Part shown: piece after piece, positions 46,618 through 56,756 of the stretch
Numbering within the stretch: position 1 is the first letter of the stretch
Layout of the letters: the number at the start of each line of letters is the position of its first letter
NCBI GenBank assembly: GCA_045652765.1
Contig: JAZOLG010000029.1
Location: 3,702 to 67,701, forward strand
DNA: 64,000 nucleotides
Direction: 5' to 3'
DNA from: Bacilli bacterium
Lineage (GTDB): Bacteria; Bacillota_I; Bacilli_A; ML615J-28; CAG-313
Notes under the pieces: model-generated
What the model saw: the letters and a program-made list of their open reading frames with translations, nothing else
Databases searched by the model: none
Told to the model about the DNA's origin: nothing
Program-made: the position numbers and the translations under genes

Positions 46618-46633
46618 GTTAGTTATAACTAAC
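46618..46633. promoter_or_regulatory. Perfect 16-bp palindrome GTTAGTTATAACTAAC, candidate metalloregulator operator 1
   Basis: The sequence is its own reverse complement. It starts 10 nt after the -10 box, between the divergent DtxR-family gene and feoA. Confidence 0.6.
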
Positions 46634-46660
46634 TGAATTTAATATTTTTTTAATATTATA

Positions 46661-46676
46661 GTTAGTATAGACTAAC
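46661..46676. promoter_or_regulatory. Near-palindrome GTTAGTATAGACTAAC, candidate operator 2
   Basis: It has the same GTTAG-N6-CTAAC half-sites as operator 1, 43 bp downstream in the feoA leader. Confidence 0.5.
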
Positions 46677-46707
46677 CTAGTAAAACATATATAAATATGG
46701 AGGACAT

Positions 46708-46944
46708 ATGGAAAAGAAACTAAGCGAATTTAATATTGGCGAAAAAGGTGTTATTAAATATGTTAATGGTGAAGGTAAGATCAGAAGAAGACTTTTTGAT
46801 ATGGGTTTAACGCCAGGAGCATATGTTTATTTAAGAAAAAAGGCTCCACTTGGAGATCCAATTGAAATTACAGTTAGAGGATATGAGCTGACACTTAGAA
46901 AAAGCGAAGCTGATTATGTCTTAATGACGACAAAGGAGAATTAA
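46708..46944 (+). CDS. feoA: Ferrous iron transport protein FeoA
   Basis: 78-aa SH3-like FeoA pattern (G..G.I..V.G....RRRL.DMGL.PG). Immediately upstream of feoB. Confidence 0.92.
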   Translation: MEKKLSEFNIGEKGVIKYVNGEGKIRRRLFDMGLTPGAYVYLRKKAPLGDPIEITVRGYELTLRKSEADYVLMTTKEN

Positions 46945-46947
46945 ACG

Positions 46948-49239
46948 ATGAAACATTTTGCGTTAGTAGGTAATCCGAATTGCGGGAAAACAACACTATT
47001 TAATTCATTAACTGGTTCGACAGCACATGTTGGTAACTGGCCAGGTGTGACCGTTGATAAAAGAGAAGGTAATTACAAGAAATTAAATGAATTAATTTCT
47101 ATTGTAGATTTGCCAGGAATTTATTCGTTAAGTCCATATACATCCGAAGAAGTAATATCTAGAAATTACATTTTAGATGAAAAACCAGATTGTGTTATAA
47201 ATATAATTGATGCGACTAACCTTGAAAGAAACTTATATTTAACAACACAATTATTAGAAATTGATGTTCCAATTATTATTGCGTTAAATATGATCGACTC
47301 TCTAACTAAAAACGGTGACAAGATAGATGCCAAATTGTTGGAAAAGAAATTTAATATTCCAGTTGTTGAAATTTCTGCATTAAAAGAATATAACTTAGAC
47401 TTACTTATGGAAAGAGCTTATAAAACATGTTTGGAACAAAGAAAAGCAAGAACAGTTTTAGAAGGTGGAACGCTTAGTCATTTAGTAAAAGATGTCCAAA
47501 CAGCATTTACTGGAATTAAAGTAGATAACCCATTGTTTCATGCTGTAAAACTAGTAGAACTGGATGACTTAGAAACAACAAATCATCCTGAGTTAGTAGG
47601 TATTGTAGATGAATTTAAGAAATCTTTTAACGATGATATTTTTGGAGCTGACTTTGAAGCAATCATTGCAGACAGTAGATATAAATATATTACATCAAAC
47701 CTAGAAGGAGTGAAAATAACTTCTAAAAAACATGCTGAAAATTATGAACCTACAAAATCTGATAAAATTGATAAAGTGTTAACAAATAAGTGGCTAGGAA
47801 TTCCAATCTTTCTTGCAATATTGTTCTTTTTATTTCACTTCACTTTTTCAGAAAACTTATTTTTCTTAGGTGGAATTCTTGGTGAAATAAAACCAAGTTT
47901 TGCGGGAAGTGCATTTGAGGGTCTATTATGGACCGAAGGTGGAATAAATTCAATTGGTGTTATATTGTTTAATTTAGTTGATTGCTCAACTGCATATCTT
48001 AGTAATATTGTTGCAGGATTATTTGAAACAAGTCCAGCATGGGTAAGCGGATTAATAGTTGATGGTGTGCTTGGAGGAATCTTTAGTGTTTTAAGCTTTG
48101 TTCCACAAATATTATTACTATTCTTATTTTTCTCAATTTTAGAAGATAGTGGATATATGGCACGTGTTGCATTCATCTTAGATAAAATATTTAGAAAATT
48201 TGGTTTATCAGGTAGATCATTTATGCCAATGATTATGGGTTTTGGATGTTCAGTCCCTGCCATGATTAATACTAGAACACTTGCTGATGAAAATGAAAAG
48301 ATTGCAACAATTCGTGTAATTCCTTTCTTCTCATGTGGCGCAAAACTTCCTATTTTAACAGCAATTGCTGGAGGAATTTTAGCAGTGTTCAATGTTGGTA
48401 ATGCAGACTTAATTACATATGGTATGTACGTTCTTGGCATGACAACAGCAATTGTAACTGTTTTACTTATGAGAAATACAACAATGAGAGGAGATGTTCC
48501 ACCATTTATTATGGAACTACCGTCTTATCACTTGCCACAATTTAAATCACTAATGATTCATCTTTGGGATAAATTAAAACATTATATTGAAAAAGCATTT
48601 ACTATTATTTTAGCATCAACTATTGTAATATGGTTCTTATCACATTTTACGTGGGACTGGAAACTAGTAGAAGATGCTGAAATGAATTTATCAATTTTAG
48701 CAAGTCTTGGAAAATTAATTCAACCAATTTTTACACCACTAGGATTTGGTTCTCAACTTAGTACATTTGGTTGGGTATTTGGAGTTGCAGCTATAACAGG
48801 TTTAATTGCCAAAGAAAATGTTATTGCAACATTTGGAACACTTGCAGCTTGTTTAGTTTCTTTAATGAGTAACAATCCAGAATATTTACTTCAATTTGGA
48901 AATATTGATTTCTCTGCATTAGAAGATGGTGTAAAAGCAACAGAAGCGATGATTTCTGCAACAGGTATAACAGTTGGTGGATTGCTTGCTTATATTACTT
49001 TTAATATGACAACAATTCCTTGCTTTGCTACAGTCGCAACAGCCAAAGGCGAACTAACTAATAAGAAATTTAGAAATACATTAATTTTTTGGCTTGTAAC
49101 TAGTTATATTACTTCAACTATTGTATATTTAGCATTTGAATTTACTTGGACACTTGCAATTATTATTCCAGTATTTATCTTGGTAGGAGTTTGTATTGCG
49201 TTATATAATAAATATCGCGATGCTAAAATAAAAGCATAA
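46948..49239 (+). CDS. feoB: Ferrous iron transporter FeoB
   Basis: N-terminal G-domain GNPNCGKTTLFN, DLPG, NMID. A polytopic C-terminal permease with gate motifs. Confidence 0.95.
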   Translation: MKHFALVGNPNCGKTTLFNSLTGSTAHVGNWPGVTVDKREGNYKKLNELISIVDLPGIYSLSPYTSEEVISRNYILDEKPDCVINIIDATNLERNLYLTTQLLEIDVPIIIALNMIDSLTKNGDKIDAKLLEKKFNIPVVEISALKEYNLDLLMERAYKTCLEQRKARTVLEGGTLSHLVKDVQTAFTGIKVDNPLFHAVKLVELDDLETTNHPELVGIVDEFKKSFNDDIFGADFEAIIADSRYKYITSNLEGVKITSKKHAENYEPTKSDKIDKVLTNKWLGIPIFLAILFFLFHFTFSENLFFLGGILGEIKPSFAGSAFEGLLWTEGGINSIGVILFNLVDCSTAYLSNIVAGLFETSPAWVSGLIVDGVLGGIFSVLSFVPQILLLFLFFSILEDSGYMARVAFILDKIFRKFGLSGRSFMPMIMGFGCSVPAMINTRTLADENEKIATIRVIPFFSCGAKLPILTAIAGGILAVFNVGNADLITYGMYVLGMTTAIVTVLLMRNTTMRGDVPPFIMELPSYHLPQFKSLMIHLWDKLKHYIEKAFTIILASTIVIWFLSHFTWDWKLVEDAEMNLSILASLGKLIQPIFTPLGFGSQLSTFGWVFGVAAITGLIAKENVIATFGTLAACLVSLMSNNPEYLLQFGNIDFSALEDGVKATEAMISATGITVGGLLAYITFNMTTIPCFATVATAKGELTNKKFRNTLIFWLVTSYITSTIVYLAFEFTWTLAIIIPVFILVGVCIALYNKYRDAKIKA

Positions 49240-49463
49240 TGAAACCAATAGAAATTATTGTAATTATTTTTTGTGTTTTAATTGTTGGTGGAGTAATTGC
49301 AAGATATGTATATCGAAAAGTAAAAAAACTTCCAACAGGTGAATGTGCAAGTTGTAGTAAAACTAAAGATAAAAGTAATATAGTTGAAATGTATTATAAG
49401 AGTTATCCAAAAAATGATGGTAATTCTTGTTGTGTCAATCGACATACTAACAAACCATTTTAA
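49239..49463 (+). CDS. FeoB-associated Cys-rich small membrane protein
   Basis: TAATG overlap with feoB. A single TM helix is followed by the GECASCS motif. It has an extra C-terminal tail with CC. Confidence 0.7.
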   Translation: MKPIEIIVIIFCVLIVGGVIARYVYRKVKKLPTGECASCSKTKDKSNIVEMYYKSYPKNDGNSCCVNRHTNKPF

Positions 49464-49497
49464 AAACCTTGTTTTTACAAGGTTTTTGCTTTTTTTG
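49463..49497 (+). terminator. Intrinsic terminator after the feo operon
   Basis: AAAACCTTG / CAAGGTTTT stem followed by TGCTTTTTTT. Confidence 0.85.
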
Positions 49498-49588
49498 TGC
49501 AAAAATAAAAGATTTATGTTATAATTCACAAGTGCTATTTTTTTGAATGATAGAAAAATAAAAGAAAGAAAGAATAAAAGGTAGTTTT

Positions 49589-50728
49589 ATGAGTATTATT
49601 ATTAAAGAAGTAGTAGGGAAAAAAGATTTAAAAAGATGGGCTGATTTTCCAAATAAATTATATAAAGAAGAATCAGCATATGTCCCATTTTTATTAAATG
49701 ATGAAATAAAAACATTTAGCAAAAAGAAAAATCCGGCTTATAATTTTTGTGAAACCAAATTGTTTATGGCATATAAAGGCAAAAAAATAGTTGGAAGAAT
49801 AGCTGCATTAATTAATCATGCATATAATAAAAAATGGAACAAAAATGCAATTAGATTTACAAGATTTGACTTTGTCGATGATTTTGAAGTATCAAAAGCT
49901 TTATTTGACGAAGTAATTAAATGGGCTAAAACAAGACAATTAACTGAAATAATGGGACCAATAGGTTTTACAGATTTAGACCATGAGGGGATGTTAGTCG
50001 AAGGTTATAATGAACTAAATATGACAATTACTTTTTATAATTACCCATATTATATTGAACATATGGAAAAACTTGGTCTAAAAAAAGATATTGATTGGGT
50101 AGAATATCAAGTAAATGTACCAGAAGTGATGGATCCAAGAATTGAAAGAATTTCAAATCGTTTAATTGATCGTTATGGATATAAGTTGGTCACATATAAC
50201 AATCGTAAAGTTTTAAAGAAAGAAGCGTATGAAGCTTTTAAAGTAATTGATGAAGCTTTTTCTGTTTTATATGGTACAGTACCACTTACAGATGAAATTG
50301 TAGATCAAACTATAAAAGATTATATTTCTTTGGTCAATATGAAATACGTATGTGCTGTAAAAGATAAAGATGATAAGATGATTGCATTTGCCATACTTGT
50401 GCCATCAACGGCTAAAGCACAAAAAAAATGTAACGGTAGAATGATACGTGGTATATTTAGATTGTTAAAAGCATTAAAGGGTAGAAATGAAGTTTTAGAA
50501 ATGTTTTTAATAGGTATTTCAAGAGATTATCAAAAATTAGGTGTACCTGCAATAATAATGAATCATATTATTAAAACATGTATTGAAAATGGCGTTAAGT
50601 ATTGTGAGACAGGACCAGAATTAGAAACTAATGAAAACATTCAAAGTATGTGGAAAACGTTTAGCACAAGACAACACAAACGACGTCGTTGTTGGATTAA
50701 AGAATTAAAAGAAGATAATGAAAAATAA
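49589..50728 (+). CDS. Putative GNAT-like N-acyltransferase family protein
   Basis: The architecture and N-terminal pattern (W.DF....Y......VP) resemble an uncharacterised roughly 380-aa acetyltransferase-fold family. The assignment comes from memory of that family only. Confidence 0.45.
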   Translation: MSIIIKEVVGKKDLKRWADFPNKLYKEESAYVPFLLNDEIKTFSKKKNPAYNFCETKLFMAYKGKKIVGRIAALINHAYNKKWNKNAIRFTRFDFVDDFEVSKALFDEVIKWAKTRQLTEIMGPIGFTDLDHEGMLVEGYNELNMTITFYNYPYYIEHMEKLGLKKDIDWVEYQVNVPEVMDPRIERISNRLIDRYGYKLVTYNNRKVLKKEAYEAFKVIDEAFSVLYGTVPLTDEIVDQTIKDYISLVNMKYVCAVKDKDDKMIAFAILVPSTAKAQKKCNGRMIRGIFRLLKALKGRNEVLEMFLIGISRDYQKLGVPAIIMNHIIKTCIENGVKYCETGPELETNENIQSMWKTFSTRQHKRRRCWIKELKEDNEK

Positions 50729-50753
50729 ATTAAAAGATTTACTTAATAAAATA

Positions 50754-50787
50754 AAACTACATAGGATTTTACTATGTAGTTTTTTCT
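50754..50787 (+). terminator. Intrinsic terminator after the GNAT-like gene
   Basis: AAACTACATAG / CTATGTAGTTT stem followed by a T-run. Confidence 0.85.
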
Positions 50788-50855
50788 TTAGAAATTATTT
50801 CTACGCATAATATTTTGAAAAAATATAAAGTTGTGATATAATAAGTACGATTTAA

Positions 50856-52391
<1,536 letters not shown>

Positions 52392-52434
52392 CATATTTAA
52401 AGCACTCATAGAATATATATAAATGAGGTGTTTT

Positions 52435-52710
52435 ATGGAAATTAAACAAAGTCAGGAGTTAAAATTAGAAAACAGAAACAAGCTTTCAATTACAGGTATC
52501 AGTAAAATTGAAAGTTTGAATAGTGAAGAGTTCTTAATCCAAACAAATGCAGGTTTATTATTAGTAACAGGACAAAACTTAGTAATGCAACAATTGGATA
52601 TTGATAAAGGAAATATTTGGATTGAAGGAAATGTGAATAGTATAGAATATGTCGTAGATAATAAAGAGAAAAAACAGAAGTCAGGATTTATGGGAAAATT
52701 ATTTAAATGA
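52435..52710 (+). CDS. yabP: YabP-family (sporulation) protein
   Basis: ELKLENRNKLSITGISKIESLNSEEFLIQT..G.L.V.G.NL....L....G.I.IEG.V.S..Y matches the YabP pattern. The ATG at 52435 follows GAGGTG. Confidence 0.7.
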   Translation: MEIKQSQELKLENRNKLSITGISKIESLNSEEFLIQTNAGLLLVTGQNLVMQQLDIDKGNIWIEGNVNSIEYVVDNKEKKQKSGFMGKLFK

Positions 52711-53120
52711 TCGTATATAATATATTTGAAGAGATAAGAATAATATTATATCTCTTTGTATTTGGAATATACGTTTGTACAAGTTATGACATATTAGATT
52801 TAATTAAAACAAAAAGTAAAATATGGAATATTCTGGTAATGTTGTTTGGATCTATAATACTAATTGGTATTAGTTATATTTTTGTTAACAAACTGAAACA
52901 AGGCTATATGCCACAATATGGATTGCTAATTGTGATAGTTGGAATAACTATTTATTATTTGTTATTTCGTCAAAAATTGATGAAGATAATCAATGTATTA
53001 AAAAGGATTTTAAGAAAAATAATAGGTCCGATTACAGTGTTTAAAAAGACTTTTTACTTAATAAAACAAAAAAATAAAAAGTTAAATATCAAAACGCTTT
53101 ACAAAAAGAAAAAATTGTAG
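52707..53120 (+). CDS. yabQ: YabQ-like (spore cortex biosynthesis) membrane protein
   Basis: Overlaps the yabP stop (ATGA). Three or four TM helices with YD..D and N.L.QG....Y features of YabQ. Basic tail. Confidence 0.55.
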   Translation: MIVYNIFEEIRIILYLFVFGIYVCTSYDILDLIKTKSKIWNILVMLFGSIILIGISYIFVNKLKQGYMPQYGLLIVIVGITIYYLLFRQKLMKIINVLKRILRKIIGPITVFKKTFYLIKQKNKKLNIKTLYKKKKL

Positions 53121-53126
53121 TACAAT
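53098..53126 (+). promoter_or_regulatory. Candidate sigma-A promoter for the tRNA pair (TTTACA-17-TACAAT)
   Basis: The -35 TTTACA lies at 53098-53103 and the -10 TACAAT at 53121-53126, with a 17-nt spacer. It lies about 17 nt upstream of the mature tRNA-Tyr 5' end, inside the yabQ 3' end. Confidence 0.5.
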
Positions 53127-53142
53127 ATTATAGCAATCCCAT

Positions 53143-53227
53143 GGAGGGGTAGCGAAGTGGCTAAACGCGGTGGACTGTAAATCCACTCTCTCCGAGTTCG
53201 ATGGTTCGAATCCGTCCCCCTCCACCA
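53143..53227 (+). tRNA. tRNA-Tyr (anticodon GTA), class II with long variable arm, CCA encoded
   Basis: Acceptor GGAGGGG/CCCCTCC. Anticodon stem GTGGA/TCCAC with loop CTGTAAA. T-loop GGTTCGAATCC. 3' ACCA. Confidence 0.95.
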
Positions 53228-53239
53228 TTTTTATTTTAT

Positions 53240-53314
53240 AGGCCATTAGCCAAGCGGTAAGGCAACGGACTTTGACTCCGTCACTCACTTGTTCGAATCA
53301 AGTATGGCCTACCA
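53240..53314 (+). tRNA. tRNA-Gln (anticodon TTG), CCA encoded
   Basis: Acceptor AGGCCAT/ATGGCCT. Anticodon stem ACGGA/TCCGT with loop CTTTGAC. T-arm ACTTG-TTCGAAT-CAAGT. 3' ACCA. Confidence 0.93.
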
Positions 53315-53323
53315 TTTGTAATT

Positions 53324-53351
53324 AACTCAAACGCTGTGTTGAGTTTTTTTT
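53324..53351 (+). terminator. Intrinsic terminator after the tRNA pair
   Basis: AACTCAA / TTGAGTT stem followed by an 8-T run. Confidence 0.8.
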
Positions 53352-53409
53352 ATGCTTAATTTTACAAATATAGACTAAAGTGCTATAATAAATATTGAGG
53401 TGCTAAACT

Positions 53410-55251
53410 ATGAATGTAAGAGAATATTTGATTGAGTTAGAAGAAGAACTGAAATTTCTCCCAAAGAATAAACGTGAATCTACACTTATTGTTTATAGAG
53501 AAAAAATAAACAATTTAATTGATCTAGGTGAGGACGAAGAAAAAATCACTGCTAATCTTCCTAAACCACAAGAGATTGCTGATGGAATATACTCAAGTGA
53601 AGGAATTAATTATCTTGAGAAAAAGAAAAAGCAATCAAAACAAAAAGCAAATTTTAAAGCAATAGTTTCTGCATTTGTATTATTGTTATTGATAAGTTTC
53701 GTAGTGGTACTTACATGGTTTACTTTTGGTAGCATAATCAAAATTAGTAGTTTAGTATTTAAAGTTAAGGGTATTTTAGAAATAGTAATTAACACAGCAT
53801 TAGTACTTTCATATATTGTAGTACTATTGTTAGTGTATATATATTTGATTGACTTATTGCATATGATATTTAATATGCTCTTAGAAAATGTTTTGGTTGT
53901 ATTTGATAAGAATCCGAAATTCTTAGATAACTCTATAATGGATTATATTGATAATGTTACAAAAAAACCTAAGTTACTTGGAAAAATATTAGGAGTTTCT
54001 GCACTTACATTATTTGTTTTATTAATTGTTGCATACTGTACTAAAACATATTTTTATCGTTCATTTTCTGATGTTAAATCGGAAGAAGTAGTTGAAGTAA
54101 TAGATTTAAATAAATATCAAAATGTTCATAAATTATTGATTGATGTAGATTCTGCTAATATTATCATTACTAAAGGCACTGAATTCACAATGAAAGTATC
54201 AAGTGAATTTATCCGAAAAAATTGTATTCAACAAATTGATTCGACTTTAAAATTTACAACAGATAGTTTAAAAGAATTTGATATGTTTGGTTTATTCTCT
54301 GAACCAGTTCCGTATATAGAAATAACAATACCATATAGTATTGACTTAACTTGTCTTAATGGAAATGGTATTACTCAAATTGATAAAGTAGATATAAACG
54401 ATTTTACTATAACATCAAATTTAGGTAATGTAATATTGAATGAATCTAACTTAAAAAATATAAATATTTTAATTCAAAAAGGTGGAATAAATTTAACTGG
54501 ATGTAAATTTAACGATGCGATAGTTGAATCTCGTGCTGGAAATGTTGTTTTAGAAAATAATCAAGGATTTGATTTAAAATATACTAATGGATCGGCAAAA
54601 GTTAATATTAATAATAATGTATTAAATAGTATTAATTTAACAAGTTCAACTGGGGATGTTTTTATTAATAAGATGGAAAATTTAGAAACAAATATTGAAA
54701 CAGAAAACTGTACTTTAGATTTAAAACAAGTCCATTCATTAAATAGTATTAATATTAAATGTTTATATCAAACACAAGTAACTGTCTATGAATCAACTAC
54801 CGCATATCTAAATGTCTTAATGAACTCAGGTACATTTACAGGATATTATTTAACAATGAATGGAAAAATTCAATCCACAGGATCTGTTATGCTAAGTTAT
54901 ATAAATGGTAATTTTGATGTTGAGGCTTATGGTAGATATTGTGACATCCATGAATATATGGGTGATTCATTGATTCTTAAAACACAAGCTAGTGAAACAA
55001 CATTAAAATATGTTAAAACAAATTATTTAAATTATAATGCAAATAATTCTAAATCATTATTATATTTTGTATTTAGTAAAGATATGATAGTATTAGATGA
55101 AAGAGGAGATATTGTTTTAGACAACAGCCAAACAATATCAGATAATTTAGAGTTATATAAAAAATATGAACAACCAATAGAAAGATTAAATATCACTCCT
55201 TCAGCAATTTTTAATGTTAACGAAGGTGTGAAGTTAGGAGCTTGGGAATGA
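53410..55251 (+). CDS. Membrane protein with DUF1700-like N-terminal helical domain, TM region and DUF4097-like beta-helix C-terminal domain
   Basis: N-terminus MNVREYLIELEEELKFLPKNKRE matches the DUF1700 pattern. Several TM helices follow. The C-terminal half has repetitive G.I.L / GNV.L / G.V.I strands typical of DUF4097 putative adhesins. Confidence 0.65.
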   Translation: MNVREYLIELEEELKFLPKNKRESTLIVYREKINNLIDLGEDEEKITANLPKPQEIADGIYSSEGINYLEKKKKQSKQKANFKAIVSAFVLLLLISFVVVLTWFTFGSIIKISSLVFKVKGILEIVINTALVLSYIVVLLLVYIYLIDLLHMIFNMLLENVLVVFDKNPKFLDNSIMDYIDNVTKKPKLLGKILGVSALTLFVLLIVAYCTKTYFYRSFSDVKSEEVVEVIDLNKYQNVHKLLIDVDSANIIITKGTEFTMKVSSEFIRKNCIQQIDSTLKFTTDSLKEFDMFGLFSEPVPYIEITIPYSIDLTCLNGNGITQIDKVDINDFTITSNLGNVILNESNLKNINILIQKGGINLTGCKFNDAIVESRAGNVVLENNQGFDLKYTNGSAKVNINNNVLNSINLTSSTGDVFINKMENLETNIETENCTLDLKQVHSLNSINIKCLYQTQVTVYESTTAYLNVLMNSGTFTGYYLTMNGKIQSTGSVMLSYINGNFDVEAYGRYCDIHEYMGDSLILKTQASETTLKYVKTNYLNYNANNSKSLLYFVFSKDMIVLDERGDIVLDNSQTISDNLELYKKYEQPIERLNITPSAIFNVNEGVKLGAWE

Positions 55252-55433
55252 AAATAATTTCTTACTTGATGATGGCGCTTGGATTCCTAGGATGGATTAG
55301 TTTATACGTACTTACAATAATTTTTAAAGATAATGCGAATCTAGATAACATATTATTTATTACAGGATATATATTTATAATTATTTTTGTAGGAGGTTTC
55401 TTAATTTATGCCAAACTTCGAAAAAAAGCTTAA
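55248..55433 (+). CDS. Hypothetical small two-TM membrane protein (61 aa)
   Basis: The ATG follows AGGAG plus a 7-nt spacer and overlaps the upstream stop (ATGA). Two hydrophobic helices. The 3' end overlaps the glyA start. Confidence 0.5.
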   Translation: MKIISYLMMALGFLGWISLYVLTIIFKDNANLDNILFITGYIFIIIFVGGFLIYAKLRKKA

Positions 55434-56658
55434 GATGATTGATAATGAAATTTATCAAGCAGTAAAAGAAGAACAAAAAAGACAAAAAGAAGGTTTAGAA
55501 CTGATTGCTTCGGAAAACTATGTTTCAGAAAGTGTATTAAGTGTTGTTGGATCATGTCTAACAAATAAATATGCCGAAGGTTATCCTAGCAAAAGATACT
55601 ATGGTGGATGTGAAAATGTAGATACAGTAGAAAATCTTGCAATTGAAAGAGTATGTCAATTGTTTGGTTCAAAATATGCTAATGTTCAACCCCACTCTGG
55701 ATCACAAGCAAATATGGGTGCGTATCGAGCAGTATTAAAACCCGGTGATAAAGTTCTTGGAATGAATTTAAATGATGGGGGCCACTTAACACACGGACAT
55801 CATTTAAGTTTTTCTGGACAAGATTATAATTTTATATCTTATGAAGTTGATCCAGAAACTGGTTTTTTAGATTATAGTAAAATTGAAGAAATAGTTAAAA
55901 CAGAAAAGCCAAAATTAATTGTTGCAGGTGCATCAGCATATCCTAGAAAAATTGATTTCCAGGAGTTCTCAAGAATCGCTAAAGAAAATAATGCATTATT
56001 GATGGTCGATATGGCACATATCGCCGGATTAGTTGCAGCTGGATATCATCAAAATCCAGTTGATTATGCGGACATCGTAACAACTACAACACATAAAACT
56101 TTAAGAGGACCAAGAGGAGGAGTAATTCTTACTAATAATGAACAAATTATTAAAAGAATTAATCAAACAGTTTTTCCTGGTATTCAAGGTGGTCCATTAA
56201 TGCATGTTATTGCAGGAAAGGCAGTTTGCTTTAAAGAAGCACTTGATGATTCATTTAAAAAGTATCAATATCAAGTTATGTTAAATGCAAAACTTCTTGC
56301 AGAACATCTAAAAAATTATGGTTACAAAATAATTACTGGAGGAACAGATAATCACATGTTGCTAGTAGATGTTAAATCGTCTTTAGGCATTACTGGTAAA
56401 CAAGCTGAAAATCTATTACATAAAGTAAATATTACTTGTAATAAAAACACAATTCCAGGCGATACAGAAAAGCCTGCATACGCTAGTGGTATTAGAATCG
56501 GAACACCAGCTATTACAACAAGAGGTATGAAAGAAAAAGAAATTGAACAAGTAGCAGAATTAATTCATTTAGGTCTTACTGCTAAAACTGATGAAGAAGT
56601 AAGACAAATTAAATCACGAGTTATTAAGCTTAGCAAAAAGTTTAAAACAACATTTTAG
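55408..56658 (+). CDS. glyA: Serine hydroxymethyltransferase
   Basis: [23 protein letters not shown]-lysine motif [20 protein letters not shown] lies 11 nt upstream of the ATG at 55408. Confidence 0.96.
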   Translation: MPNFEKKLKMIDNEIYQAVKEEQKRQKEGLELIASENYVSESVLSVVGSCLTNKYAEGYPSKRYYGGCENVDTVENLAIERVCQLFGSKYANVQPHSGSQANMGAYRAVLKPGDKVLGMNLNDGGHLTHGHHLSFSGQDYNFISYEVDPETGFLDYSKIEEIVKTEKPKLIVAGASAYPRKIDFQEFSRIAKENNALLMVDMAHIAGLVAAGYHQNPVDYADIVTTTTHKTLRGPRGGVILTNNEQIIKRINQTVFPGIQGGPLMHVIAGKAVCFKEALDDSFKKYQYQVMLNAKLLAEHLKNYGYKIITGGTDNHMLLVDVKSSLGITGKQAENLLHKVNITCNKNTIPGDTEKPAYASGIRIGTPAITTRGMKEKEIEQVAELIHLGLTAKTDEEVRQIKSRVIKLSKKFKTTF

Positions 56659-56756
56659 TTATGATATTAATATTAATATTAGCAGTATATTTTGTGTTTG
56701 TATTGGTTAGTTCACTTGTTCAACAACAAAATAAAAAATAAAGGAAGGTACGAAGT

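Noticed and set aside
47835-48440. A 201-aa ORF antisense to feoB. A 207-aa ORF antisense to the P-type ATPase (58975-59598) is similar.
   Set aside because: Both lie entirely inside well-supported conserved genes on the other strand. They have no RBS, and their composition is typical of shadow ORFs.
53082-53288. A 68-aa minus-strand ORF.
   Set aside because: It overlaps both tRNA genes (tRNA-Tyr 53143-53227 and tRNA-Gln 53240-53314). The apparent coding potential is the complement of structured RNA.
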